From: the human T2T-CHM13v2.0 reference genome, Homo sapiens
DNA: 64,000 nucleotides
Reading direction: 5' to 3' (one strand)
NCBI RefSeq assembly: GCF_009914755.1
Contig: NC_060925.1
Position 1 is the stretch's first letter. Every line of letters begins with the position of its first letter. Shown one piece after another: positions 40,712-53,880 of this stretch. The notes under the pieces were generated by a model, which was not told the DNA's origin, did not search any database, and saw only the letters and a program-made list of their open reading frames with translations. The translations under genes were made by a program, and so were the position numbers.

Positions 40712-43700
40712 CTAAAAGGAAAACACACAAATAAGGAAGCATGTTAGCTCAGAGAAGAGAAAAATGGGAAGATATAAACATATAAATATTATCAACAAAC
40801 AAATGTGTGTCTAGGGATTGTTTCATGTATACTGTAACTAGGTCTTCACTCATTGTTTTGGACCACTAGTCTTCTCGGTATCAGGTTCCGTTAATTATTA
40901 AAAAGAACACAACAGTACAATACTTTTACCAAATATGTATGTATTACATATACAAATGTTAATTAAAATACATTTCTAAATGGAAGAAAGTTCACAATGG
41001 CAAACCAAACCCATTCACATAAAACAACAGCTATTAGTTAAACCATTTGTTTGGTTTGTATAGACAGAAGGTGAAACCTATTGATGCTTTTTTCCCCTTC
41101 ATCAGGTTTTTAGCATGATATAGACACAGTTGTAGTCCCTGACAAATGCTTTTGTCAATAGCAAAGGTACTTCGCCAAAGTTCTCATCTGTATCTCTATT
41201 TTATTGTGTTCAAATTCTTACTACATCTCTTTAAAGATTGTAACTAATGTTGATTGCAACTTACTGGAATAGCTGAAAAACAAAAATGGTAAAAATATTG
41301 ATTTCTCTGTACAGAAAACAAATTTTATTTTGCATGGAGGCAAAAATAGAAATGAAAAGGAGAGGAAATATTACAGTGCTTAAACAAACTCCATCAGTAT
41401 TCAAAATCACATCACGGAGCTTTAAATTTCAAGGTTATCCAATTGTACTTTACAAAGTTCATTTAGAAAGATACCTGGGCGTCATGGAAAAATGCTAAGT
41501 GGTTTCAAGTTAACACGAAAATGCCCTCATACCATTCATTATCCCACAATTATTTTCTCTTCACTTTGTCCTTCCCCTCTTCTAGAAACTTTGATCTTCA
41601 CTTTTACTGACACATACTGCTGGTGATAGACATCACTGAATTCCAAATGTTTTGTGTCGGCCTGTAACCTGGAATTGGTAGGTCTCTTTCATAAGACTGC
41701 AAAAATACCCTCTCTCTCCTGCAGAATAAAGTCCATTTATCTAGCTGATGGAGGTTTGGAAAACTACAGCACTCGAAGGTCATCCTGATCTCTGACCTAG
41801 CAAGTATTTTGGTGAAAAATCACACTTGTTTCAAAACACTGGCCTCCACATTTCAGCTTGCATAACGCCCCAGGAAAATGAGTTCTCTGGTCCTCTAGAG
41901 ACCTCAGTAGAGTAGGTAAGCTAAACTTAAACCATGTTCCAATTAAGCCGAACTGCAAACTGCAACTGTAATTCATGTTAGCAAAGAACATACTTATGTA
42001 GAAATATCTAAGATTGTTACTTCCATTATCAATTCATTATAATTATGTCAACAAGTCAAGTAAATGGAAACAATGTTATGAATGCCAAACTAATTTATAT
42101 ACAATGAGACTAGAACTGAGTACTTCATCTCTACACCTTAATGCTTTCTTAATTTGTAATATTTAATTGTTGCAGTAATATGAAATGATAGGATGGAGGG
42201 AGATAGTATTTTGTATCCATTTTGCTATAAAACAAGTGATACTGACTTGCTAAAAGCATAAAATAAATAAGAGTATAAAACAAGTCCTTATCACATATAT
42301 AAGCATCCTTAAAAGACAATGCTTTTATGAAATGGCTTTTTCTTGGGGCATATGAGGTATATGAGGTGTTAGGGATTACACTTGGTGCCAAAAAAATGCC
42401 TTTGGGGTCAGATAACACCACATAAGGTGGCGAGCACACGTCCACATGATATAAATCTTCAGAATGTCACCCCCTGCGTGCTTCTCTTATACCTCAGGGG
42501 CATCTCAATCCTAATCTAATATACTCAAAGACTATCAAGAACGGTTAAGTGTTGAAACATATGACCTCTGGTTCTAGCAGATGCCTCAGGTTAGCAGGCT
42601 CCATGAAAATCGGAACCATTATTTTCCCTGTTGGGGTTTACATGGTTCTCTGTTTGGACTTTACCTTACTCAACATCATCTAATTTCACCTAAGAGTTTT
42701 GTAAAGGCCATTCAAAAGAAATCATTCTTGCAACCTTTTAATCTATCTTCCTTTAAATGTACATCAGAGGATAGTATATTTTTTCATTTAGATTATTATT
42801 TATCCAAATGCAGACAATGAATGTAGTTAAATTTAAACCATAATGATTTCAAATTATTTCAACAATGGTAATAAGAACAATAAATTTTTGAAAATCTTTT
42901 GATGCTGAATATAATACAGCCTGTGTAAATATCCAACAGCCTGATATTTTCTGTCATTTTTTGCAATGATTGACCACATTTGCCATACATAAATTATGTT
43001 ACACAGCCTTCCCCTGGCTAACATGCTAAGTTTCTAATGTGCTAATTGGTTTTATAATTAGTCCTAAAGAGAGAATCTCAATTTAACATAAAGATTCCTA
43101 CAGGATTTTCTTTGTGCATTGGTTAGAAGAATTAATGGACTAAAAGGAAAACTTGCCAATTTTTTTTAATTGAAAGCAAAAAAAAAAATACCAAATATCA
43201 GTGACTGCTCCTTCCACCTTCCACCAAGCATCTCCACATCAAATTGGGTTCATTTTTGTTTAATTCCTCACTGCTACATGGAGCTCTCAGAGACTAAGGT
43301 ATAGTACCAGCTTCCAAAACTTCAAGGCTGCTGTAGACATTTTGCTTTCCTTATTAGTTTGAAAATTTAAGTGCTTTAAAAAATATGTTGTATATATTAA
43401 AGTGGTCCTAAGGCTATTTAAGTACTGAACATTTTAAAAGTAAAGTTTTCCGAAAACAAAAAAACATCAATTCTCTCCCGCAACAAAGGATCAACCGATC
43501 ACCTTTACACATACTACATTTAGGCATACATTTGTGTTTTGATCTTGCAAAAAAAAAAAAAAAAAAAAGGAAGAAGGATAAAGCAAGCAAGCAAGCAAAA
43601 CAAAGCTAAGAAAGAGTGAAGATGAATGCATAGTTGGCCACTGTGTGTGTGTGCAATCAGTGATGATTAATAAAGCATTTAGTTCAAATCTCTGCCTGAA

Positions 43701-44469
43701 CATATAGTTAATTGATTTCCTATTGCAGGAGGAGAAGCAGCAGGACCTGACAGTGCCAGCAGCAGGAGCTTTTCCTCTTCATTCATTATTTTCTTACAGA
43801 AAAGTTGTAGCCTGCGGTAACTCAAAGTGAGAGGTTTTGAGCGTCATGCTATATTTCTTAAACAAAGGAAAAAGTTCTTTAGGACTATCAAAAGCTGCTT
43901 TGTAACTGATGAACTGAACAAAGCTCAGAAATGGTGTGAGTTTTGTTTCAATAGTTTCTCCAGGGATTCATCATTGATGAATTTGTTCTCACCAGAAAGG
44001 CTAAATCCTACTCATTTAAAGATAACAGTATCTTACACTAAAACTGTCTCTATCCAGATATAAAAAAAGCATTACATTGCCGATAGAAAAGTGACAACAT
44101 AATGAATCAACAATGATACCTTAAGCCAGCAAAGCTTTAAGGTAAAGAAGTCTATTTGGATTATAATTTATTCATGGATCAATCTAAAGTTAATTGAGCA
44201 TATTATGAAGTAGAAAAGCGTTCTTGTTTGTAATAGAAGCAAGCACTTGTATCTTCCAGTTTAAACTGCATAATTTTTATGAGAATGGCAGCAAGTTGCC
44301 TAATAGCACTAGTCTGTAGTACTGTAATGGATCAACTTTATTTTCTTAATCACACTCTCTTATCTAATTGGAAACCATAACAAGAAGACAAGTAATTACT
44401 TTGATATCTAAATTGTAATATGTGAAAGATGAAAATATTTCCGGCTTATATCAGAATATATCACTCAGT

Positions 44470-44472
<3 letters not shown>

Positions 44473-44514
<42 letters not shown>

Positions 44515-44535
44515 CTTATTCAGTATAAACCTGAA

Positions 44536-44590
<55 letters not shown>

Positions 44591-44624
44591 CCTTTATACC
44601 TATTTCGTGTGTGTGTGTGTGTGT
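44473..44624. repeat. Compound microsatellite (AT)15 / (TATC)12 / (GT)9
   Basis: Arrays at 44473-44502, 44542-44589 and 44607-44624, by direct read. Confidence 0.95.
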
Positions 44625-45779
44625 CTATACAACTGACAGACTAAAGGATAAGTTACATGTAAAGGATATCTAAAAGTTGACTTTTTTTTCCCAAAAGACA
44701 TGTTTGCATATGACATAGCTCTATTATTTATCAGTCTTTTGACATTTATTCAACAAATACAGTATTGAATATCCACTCTGGGCCAGGAACTGTCCTGTGC
44801 TACACTAAAGGCTAAACAATTTCCAGACAGTGTAGTACAAATTATCATTGTTATTAATTTTGTAAGTATCTTTTGCTATTCATTAAGGGCTAGTGTCAGA
44901 TTGAATTATATGTCAAATATACCTGGTTGTTGCAGTTATCTCAAGGAATAATATGCCAGACTCCTTGGAAAACTGTTTGAACTCAATAAAATGACCAATA
45001 ATTGCAGAGAAAAATGAATAAAATAAATGTTCAAAGAGTTGATCTTTAAAAACCTCAAAAAGCTAATTGAAGTAGTTCTTGGATACCTAAAATAAAAAAT
45101 ATGGGAGCAGTGTGGTATAATGGTTGAGAGCATGGGTTCTCTGAGTCTGTTTCATTATCTATAAAATGGCCATTGTGAGGTTTAAATAAAGTAATCCAGG
45201 TAAAGTTCCTAACTCACCCTAATTTCAATCTCTGCTCAGCATGATTCAAGGTAGCACAGGAGATAGAGATGAGAAGTATCTTTTCTGTTCTGTAGTTTCT
45301 GAATTCAGTTACTTTTCTTCTTTCCTCTTTTCAATTATGAAAGTAATCAGTTACTTACATTTGATGCTGATTTTTATTTCAAAATCAGTTTTAGCATGGT
45401 TTAGAATCAGAAGCTCAGATTTTCCCATATGTAAGTGGCATGTAATGCTTAATCACCGATATAACAGTAAGCAATGTTTCATGATATTATCAAATTTGGA
45501 CAGTGGAACACAATAAAAAGACAGAGACAGAAAGTCCATCTACATATTACACGTTACCATAGTGCTATGTGATGGCTAATGATGCAAATCAGTACACTGG
45601 CATTGGACATGTAAAATATATGAAATATGAGTATTAGTTTAACCTGATAAATGTAAGCTACAACTTTTGATCAAATATGTGATATCTAAATTGGTCAAAA
45701 GCAGAGATAGTTCATGTTTCATAGTGAAAGTAGAAAGTCAACATTCACATAGTGATGAGGGAAATAATTTAGAAGTCAA

Positions 45780-46330
45780 ATTTGCATTAAAATCAGTTTT
45801 GCACTCATTAGCTGTGTGACTATGAGCCAATTACTTTACTATTCTGCTACTAATTTTCCTTATCAATGAAATGAGAATGACAGTATCAAACTCACGATGT
45901 TGGTATAAGCATTAAATGGAATAATATTTGCAAAATGCATGCCTGCCAATTTATTCCCATAAGCCTTAACTGCTTCTATTGCATTGTGTACTGTGCTCTG
46001 TGTTTCCATGTTTGCTCATGCATCCCCTCTGCCAGAATACCCCATCTTGTCTTTTTCACCTGGTACATGCCAATTAGGCCATTTAGTTTCAGCTCAGTCT
46101 TCATAACACCTAAGTAATCTCCTTTACCGATTACCCTCCCTGCCCAGTGGTTTAGAATATCCTGGGCATATTTTAATCTCTGTGCCTACTGCACTGCCTT
46201 ATCATCATTAGCTTATGTGTCCATCTGCCCAGCTTGAGATCCTAGACAGGTAACTTTGATCCAGCACATAATAGGTGCTGAATATAATTTTTCAAAGCTT
46301 AATGAATGAATGAATAAATGAATGAATGAA
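45780..46330 (+). mobile_element. MIR followed by an L2 3' end with a (TGAA)n tail
   Basis: cattagctgtgtgactatgagccaattactt; ccagcacataataggtgct..aatgaatgaatgaataaatgaatgaatgaa. Confidence 0.65.
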
Positions 46331-48351
46331 TATCTTGAATATATTTACAAAATCTTTCTGGTTGTTTGAATTGTCAAACAATCCCAAACAATTACTTTCA
46401 GAAACAAATTAAAGTATATAAATAGGTTTTCAAATATGACATGAAGTAAAAAATCGTACTTACAGAAAAGCTGTGATTCATACATTCAGAAAACATTTAT
46501 AAGGAGCCAGACACTTGAAATTTATATAGAAAGGATAGTGTGTGACCTTAAAGAGACTATATTAATAACAATTGCAATACCCTGTGGGCTGTGGCAGAAG
46601 TGACACAAACTGTTATATGAGCAGTGACAATGTGTATCTAACCCAGGCTGAGGGGTCAGAGATTTTCTAGAAGAGGTGTCATCCGAGCTAAACTCTGAAG
46701 GATAAGGTGAAGGTAGGATGGCAAGTGGTGCAGTGGAGGCGTGAGGTCAGGAAAGGTGAAGAGAATCCTCCAGGTGGAATAAACAGCAGAGGGAGAAGGG
46801 TGACAATTTGGAAAAGGCACCGGGGAGCCAATGGACTGCTAACCCTCTGTTCCATCGTTCATAAGCTACAAGAGGGTGAGGCACTTCACCTGTGAAAAGC
46901 AGGCAGAACACATTTTGTTGTGAAGTGATGAAGTCGGATCATGAATTAGGAATAATGTCAATCAAGAGAAGAAAGTCTAACATTCATGGAATGCCAGCAA
47001 AGGATGATGGAAATAAGACTTGCTTTCTGCTAAGTGCTGTGCAGGTGCTGGGGCCCAGGCCACAAAGAGGACCAGGAGGCTGTTCCTTCCAAAAGCAGTT
47101 TATAGCCTTATGAAGAGGATTGAGTCATATTCAAAGGAACTCAGATAAGAACATTATTATTTTCATATTGAAACAATTTAAATAACTCATATCAGGTCTC
47201 TCTTTAAAAACTGTCATTTTTTAAAGTAAGTATTTTTGAAGAAATACCTCTAGGTTGGGATTTAGGAAATGTGGTATTGATGGCATGTTTTAGGAGAAAC
47301 CAGAACAAAGAGATGGTCCAAGCATTATGCATGGAGAAATGTAGAATTTTGAAGGAGAGGGGGAATAGAAAAGAGAGGAGAGGGTAAAAGGAAGTGTGAA
47401 AAGAGAGGGCAAGAGAGAAGGAGCACAGCCTGTTGGTATGAGGCTGAAGGACTTTTATAAACAGGGAGAGCCACTATTTAATTTTAAGATGTTTGCATTG
47501 CTCCAATCTAAATCCTCCTCCATAGTCTTTATCTAAGAACATCTGCTACACACTTACATGTCTTGGTGAGACATTTGGAGGAAAATCAGGGAAACAGGGT
47601 TGAGTTTCATGGTTGGGTTGGCATATAGCTGAAAAGAATAGAAACCAACAGGAGGGAGGTTTGAGGGAGATTCAGAATTCAATGACAGCTGGAATTTATA
47701 GCCAGAAGCAACCTAGAGAACAGAATCTCTGGGGATTTTGTAGCAATTTCCAGAAGGACAGGACTGGGTAAAGTCAGCTGACATGTGGCTTACATACGTC
47801 ATTGTAAGGAGAAATAAGTAGAGGACGACATGCACAAACAATCTGATGTAACCCAGATCCAATGAGCAATTAATTCCAACTCAGAGGTTAATACAATCTT
47901 TACAGTGAAGGAGGAATTTAAACTATGCTGAAAAATTCTGAAAGGGGAAAGCAGTGCCTAGTTGTAGGAGGAGAAGAGAAGTAAGGAAATGAAGTGAAGG
48001 AACTACAGGATGAGCTTATCCTTATATGGCTAAAATATACTAAATGTCAGGGAGATAGTGGGGGATGAAGCTGGAATATCTATAGATAGGGCTCTGAATT
48101 CTGGGCAAAGTGTTTGGATTTTATTCTTTAGGGTGTATGGGAACACCAGATATTTGAAAATGTGTGACCAGATCCTCATAGTGGCAGAAGGAAGGGTGGA
48201 CTGTAGGATGATGGCGGTAGCAAAAAGGGAGAATCATCCAGAATGTTGGAGATGGGATTCTGGTAGTGGTAGGAAAGTGAACTAGATGAGTTCTAAGGTC
48301 ATCATTATTTTCAAAGCTGTTATAGTAGAAAATTGAAAAAGGGTTCTATGG

Positions 48352-49104
48352 TGTAACGGTTAATTTTATGTATCATCTTGACTGGGTTAAGAGATGATGC
48401 CCAGGGAGCTGGTAAAACATTATTTGTGGGTGTGTTTGTCAGAGTGTTTCCAGAAGCAGTTAGCATTTGGATCAGTAGACCAAGTAAAGAAAATACGCCC
48501 TGAGTAAAGAGAATGTGGGCGGGCATCCCCCAATTGGTTGATGGACTGCATAGAACAGAAAGGTGGAGGAAAGGCAAATTATTCTTTCTTCTGGAGTGAG
48601 AGCTAGGACATCCATCTTCGCATGCTCTTGGATATCAGAGCTCTAGGTTCTTGGGCCTTTGGACTGTAGGCCTTATAGCACTCGCCCAGCCATCTCCTCC
48701 ACCATCTGCTGCCCCCCTCATCTCCCAGTCCTGAGGCCTGCAGATTCAGGCATAGAGTTAAGTATGCCATTGGCTCCCCCAGTTTTTAGGCCTTCAGAGT
48801 CAGGCTGAATTACACTACAAGCTTTCCTTGTTCTCCAGCTTGCAGATGGCACGTCATGGGACTTCCTGGCCTCTATAACAACGTGAGCCAATTCCCATAT
48901 TAAATTCCCTTTTACATACCTATATATAACCAATGGGTTACATACAGATATAACCTATAACCTGTTGGCTATAATAATATAACCAATTGGCTGCATATAG
49001 ATATATGAGGGAATTGAATATATAACCTATTAGTTATGTATGGATATATAAGAGGGAATCTAATATGTTAAATTGGCTCTGTTTCTCTGGAGAACTCTAA
49101 TACA
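48352..49104 (+). mobile_element. MLT2 (ERVL) solo LTR
   Basis: tgtaacggttaattttatgtatcatcttgactggg..tggctctgtttctctggagaactctaataca. Confidence 0.88.
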
Positions 49105-50279
49105 CGTAGTATTCGGGAAACAGAGAACCAACACTGACTACCTGTCCCCACACCAAGGCTCCAATATTGATCTTCACTCCCACACTGCCTGCTGACTGCC
49201 TCACCCTGACTCACAATGGCTTCTGCCTTGAAACTCCTGCATGCTGTCATTCTTCCTGACAGACTTCTATTTCCACCTCTTTGTTGGTCATCTTTCTGCA
49301 GATGACCCCTCCTTTATCACCATCCCCTGCTCAATCAGATTCTTGACTTTTAAAATTACATAGGAACTTTGTTAACTGGGGCCTGCATAGTCTATGAGCT
49401 GCCAAAGACTTACTTCTTAGTCAAAAGGAACATAAAGCAATGTTGGTGGACAACCTGGGAAGGGTAAAATGACTTAGTTTTACTTTCCTTGCATTCTAAA
49501 GGACCTTTGCTTATATTTTGTAGAGATGATGAGGTAGGGGAGGTGACATGGGGAAAATCAATTTCCTCAAAAATGGCTGAGAGGGGATTATAAATTTAAC
49601 AAGGGAGAGGGAAGGAACTGCACCATCATCATCACCTTCACGAATATATCAGCTTATTAACTGATCATGGCTATATACCAGACACTTTGCAAAGCACATG
49701 AGTACATTATCTCTTCCTTATTGCAAAGAAGATAAAGAATATCCATGAGTTGGGTATTCTAGTGTCCATTTATACACAACAACACTGAGGGGCATAAAGA
49801 CTAAGTAACTTGCTACAATTAATTCAAATCCAAGTCTGCCTGATAGACTCTGTGCTATCCTGCCACTCATACTTCTTTGTAGTCCTCACAAAGTTTTGTA
49901 TAAGGTAGGTGTTTAATATGCTCTTTATTTATTTAAAGAAGCATACTACCTACATACTCCATTCCTTGAAATCTATGCTTCCTGTTTTACTTATTCCACA
50001 AATTTTGAAGGGAAAATGTTTCACACAGTAGAAACCATTAAAAAAAATGCTGAACACATACCAAGCAAAATATCTGAATTAGTTTGGTCCTGTTTATTAC
50101 TGGCCTCAAGTTTAATGAGCTCAAGTTAATACAGGTGAAAGGCCAGGGTGTTACATGCAGAAGTTAATGAAATACCATAGAGCTGCTGAGAAAACGATTA
50201 GCAGCCAAATGTGAATTTAATATACTTCATCTTCAAGAAGCAATGCCCCATGGGAGGCATCTTGCTGGGGGAGGTAATG

Positions 50280-50460
50280 TGGCATATTGGAAACAGCACT
50301 CACTTGGGAATTAGGAGATGGGGCTCTGATCTTCACTTTGCTGTCAGCTGGTTTTGTGACCTATGGCAGCCTGATGACTCCCTCTGTGTCTCAGTTTTCT
50401 CACCGGTAACATGAGGGGGTTTGACTACATGATCTATGAGGTCCCTCCCAGTGATATGAT
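50280..50460 (+). mobile_element. MIR (MIR3-like)
   Basis: ctctgtgtctcagttttctcacc..gagggggtttgactacatgatctatgaggtccctcccag. Confidence 0.7.
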
Positions 50461-52419
50461 CTGTTTTGTTTTCAAATTCACAATTAGAATTCCTTAGGGT
50501 TTATGCCTAGGTGGCATCACATTGTCTGTGAATGAAACATCAGATTGAGTCATAAATTATAACTCTTTCCATCCTACTTAACTATAGAACATTCTGAGTC
50601 TATTAGGCTATAACATATGGATATCATGGATCATGTTTATCAAACTTCCAAGGTTGGATGGGTTCATAAACTGTTTTAGACTTCATTAGTAAAAGGTAAA
50701 ACTAAAGATATTGTAGCTATTTTACCTCATTACTAAATAATGAAATCTGTATAGAAAATTAATAGAACTAAAAATATTTTTTTAATGAAAGCTATTATAA
50801 ATCTGTATGAATTGGGAAATTCATACAGTTCATAACTAACATTACACTGTAATTATCTTGACAAAGTTTGATGTCTAGTTACAAACTCATCTGAGACACA
50901 CTCTATAGAAAATCAACCACAAATATTAGAAGTGAATATAAATGATAACAGGCATGAAATTACTAAAGAGGTAAGAATAAAATATAGATACACATGTGGA
51001 TGCATTTGGTACATATTAGAGTTTTAGGATTTGGGAGAAAAAATAGAACCTTCTACTAAAGCAATGCAATATGCAGAATGATCATTGATCTTAGAACGCA
51101 GAAACTAGCTGAATGACCTGGGGCAAGCCACTTGCCCTCTGTAAGCCTCAATTTTCATCTGTATAAAACAGAAATAACAATGATCACCTTGCCCATTTGT
51201 TCTTCACCACAACTATTTAAAATAGGAAAAGCATTAATAGATGATTAAAATACAGACAGCTGTTACTATTTTGAAAACTCTAAAGCATTATAGAACCAAA
51301 GTATTATTACATTGTGCATAAATCTCATTTATGCACAATATAATAAATAATGTAAAGATGTGAGTGCTCTGAATTATAAAAATGTCACAGAGTATTAACA
51401 ATACATAAAGAAAGATTTTCTCAGCAACAGTCCTTCCAGTGCCTTAGGAGTACTTGGATGAAATAATTTGCTTTTGAAATCCACCTTCAAAATGCTACTG
51501 CTTTCATGGCTAAATGTTGCATAGAATGTCAAGGGCAAAAACCAATGAGGGAAAATGGAATAAAAATTGCCTTACACAATGGAATGGAAGCAAAGGAAAA
51601 CAGAAAAATGAGGTGATGAGGAAAATGGGACTGCTATAAATATGGAGTAAAAAAGCATACAGGATTCAGGCTATATTTGGAGCAAGACTAGGTTAATCAA
51701 TTTTCTTCCATATTTATGCAATATGATACCTAATATCCTCCTATGCAGAAACACCTGTTTTAATCCCTTTTACAGCACAGGACATAAAATATTACATTTT
51801 GATCCATCTAAAACCCTATTTAGAGTTACAGTTCAGAGCATACTGGAATGAAATGATCATCATTTTGAAAGTCAATTTTTAGTAGTTCTATGCTAAGCAG
51901 CAGATTTATATTGGAAAGAAAATAAAAGGAAGTATAAGTTTTTTAATATAAAAAATATCTTTCTAATATAATTAATTAGCATACATGTATGAAATATTAA
52001 ACATGGGAAAATATATTTTATACATTTGGCAGAGTGCTCCACAAATAATAGCTTCTCCATGCAGCTACAGAATACAGTAACAAACATCCATAAATCAGAA
52101 TTCATCTCAAATCTAGGTCTCCCAACTCCAAGCCTAGTGCCACTCCCTCTACATTGGCCATGAACTTCCTGAAGTTTTTGGGCTACTGTTTTGCCCAACA
52201 ATACTTAAAGTTTTTGGTGTTTTAGGAAAAGATACTGAGGGAAGGACCTAATAAACTACATCCTTGGGAAAGACTCCTTCTTTCAGATGTATTTGTTGAG
52301 TATTTACAATTTGTCTAGTACATGCTATGGGCTGACCATTGAAGACATAATGGAGAATAAAACAGATATGATCTCCTTCCTCAGGGAATATGTAATCACT
52401 TTTAGTGCAATAGAATTAA

Positions 52420-53880
52420 ACATAAACAATCCCACTCACCTGCACTTTCACCCTCTGTCTTCTCTTCCACTACTAAGAGAGGTATCCTATGTCCTTTAAA
52501 AGACTCCACTCATGGACTCCACCTCACGTACCCTGTGATCATCTGAAGGAATTTGCTTCTGTCATTTTTATCTTTGACTATTCAACAATTCACCCTCATT
52601 TTTACATTATTTTCATTAGCACACAGATATACTTTAGCGTCTGTCATCCTAAAAACAAATATGCTAAGCATAACAAAACAATTTCTGTGACCCTACAGCC
52701 ACTTTCAGGCATCATTAATTTACTTCCCTTCAAACTTCTTTTAAGCATTTTTAATAGTGTCTGTCTTCACACCTTCACCTCCTATTCACTCCTCAACATA
52801 CCCTTTTCAGGAATTTGTCCTCCATTCCAAACAATTGAAATGCTTCCATAATGAAGCTAACAACAATCTTTATTGTGCAAATCCTGTGGCCACATTTTTG
52901 TTTGTGCTCATCTAACTTTATCTCTCAGCATCATTAAACTTAGTTGACCCTTCTTTCTTTCTTAAAACACTATCCTATGGCTGGGCACAGTGATTTATTC
53001 CTGTAATCCCAGCACTTCATAGGCTGAGGCGGGAGGATAACTTGAGCCTAGGGGTTTGAGACCAGCCTGGGCAACATAGAGAGACCCCATCTCTATTTAA
53101 AAAAAATAAACAAAACCCCCACTATTCTGTTTTTCATCCTACGTCACTTCTAAGTGTCTCCTTTGCTGGGTAGTACATACACCCCAAATCTCTCTACTTT
53201 TCACCATTTCCATTGATATGGCTCTAGTCCAAGGCTCAATTGCCTCATCCTTGGGCTACTGCAATAGCCTCCTAACCAATCTACCTGCTTTCTCTTTTGA
53301 CTTGGTATAACGTATCCTCCTTATAGTAGCCTGAGAAGTTGTCTTAAATAGAAACTATGACAGATCATTCCTCTGCTTAAAATCCTTCAATGATTTCATT
53401 GCTCTTAGAATAAAATTGGAAAACATCACCATGACTGTAGGTTTATCTGGCCCCTGCTCACCTCTTCAATATATTTTAACCACTGTCCCCTTTATTCACT
53501 ACACTCCAGCCATATTGTTCTTGCTATTCTTGACAAGTCTTATAAGATCATATGACCTTAGGGCCTTTACATTTACTGGGTTTTTTTTTTTGGTCTGCAT
53601 CCAGATCTTTGCATAGTTGGATCCTTCACATGTTTTAGGACTCAGATAAAATGTCACCTCCTCAGAGAGGCACTCTCGGACCACCCAATCTAGAGTAGGC
53701 CTTTCAAATCACACTCTTCACATCTCCTTTTTAAAAATATTCACATCGTTTATTTGCTTACTTTTAAAAATCTCCAACCCCTCTAAAAGGTACTAGATTA
53801 AAATGTTCACTAATCTTATTTACTAATTTCCAGAACCTTGAGCAATGCCTGGCTCATTGCACACTCTTGAATGAATGAAG
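52420..53880 (+). mobile_element. L2 element (interrupted by a FLAM)
   Basis: atctctcagcatcatt..agttgaccct; gggctactgcaatagcctcctaacc; aaatgtcacctcctcagagagg; ends gaatgaatgaa. Confidence 0.75.
52979..53115 (+). mobile_element. FLAM / free left Alu monomer
   Basis: Single left arm plus A-tail; TSD-like cactatcct/cactattct. Confidence 0.88.

Noticed and set aside
44422-44673. Low-complexity ORFs (IYIYIY/YLSIYLS)
   Set aside because: They are translations of microsatellites.
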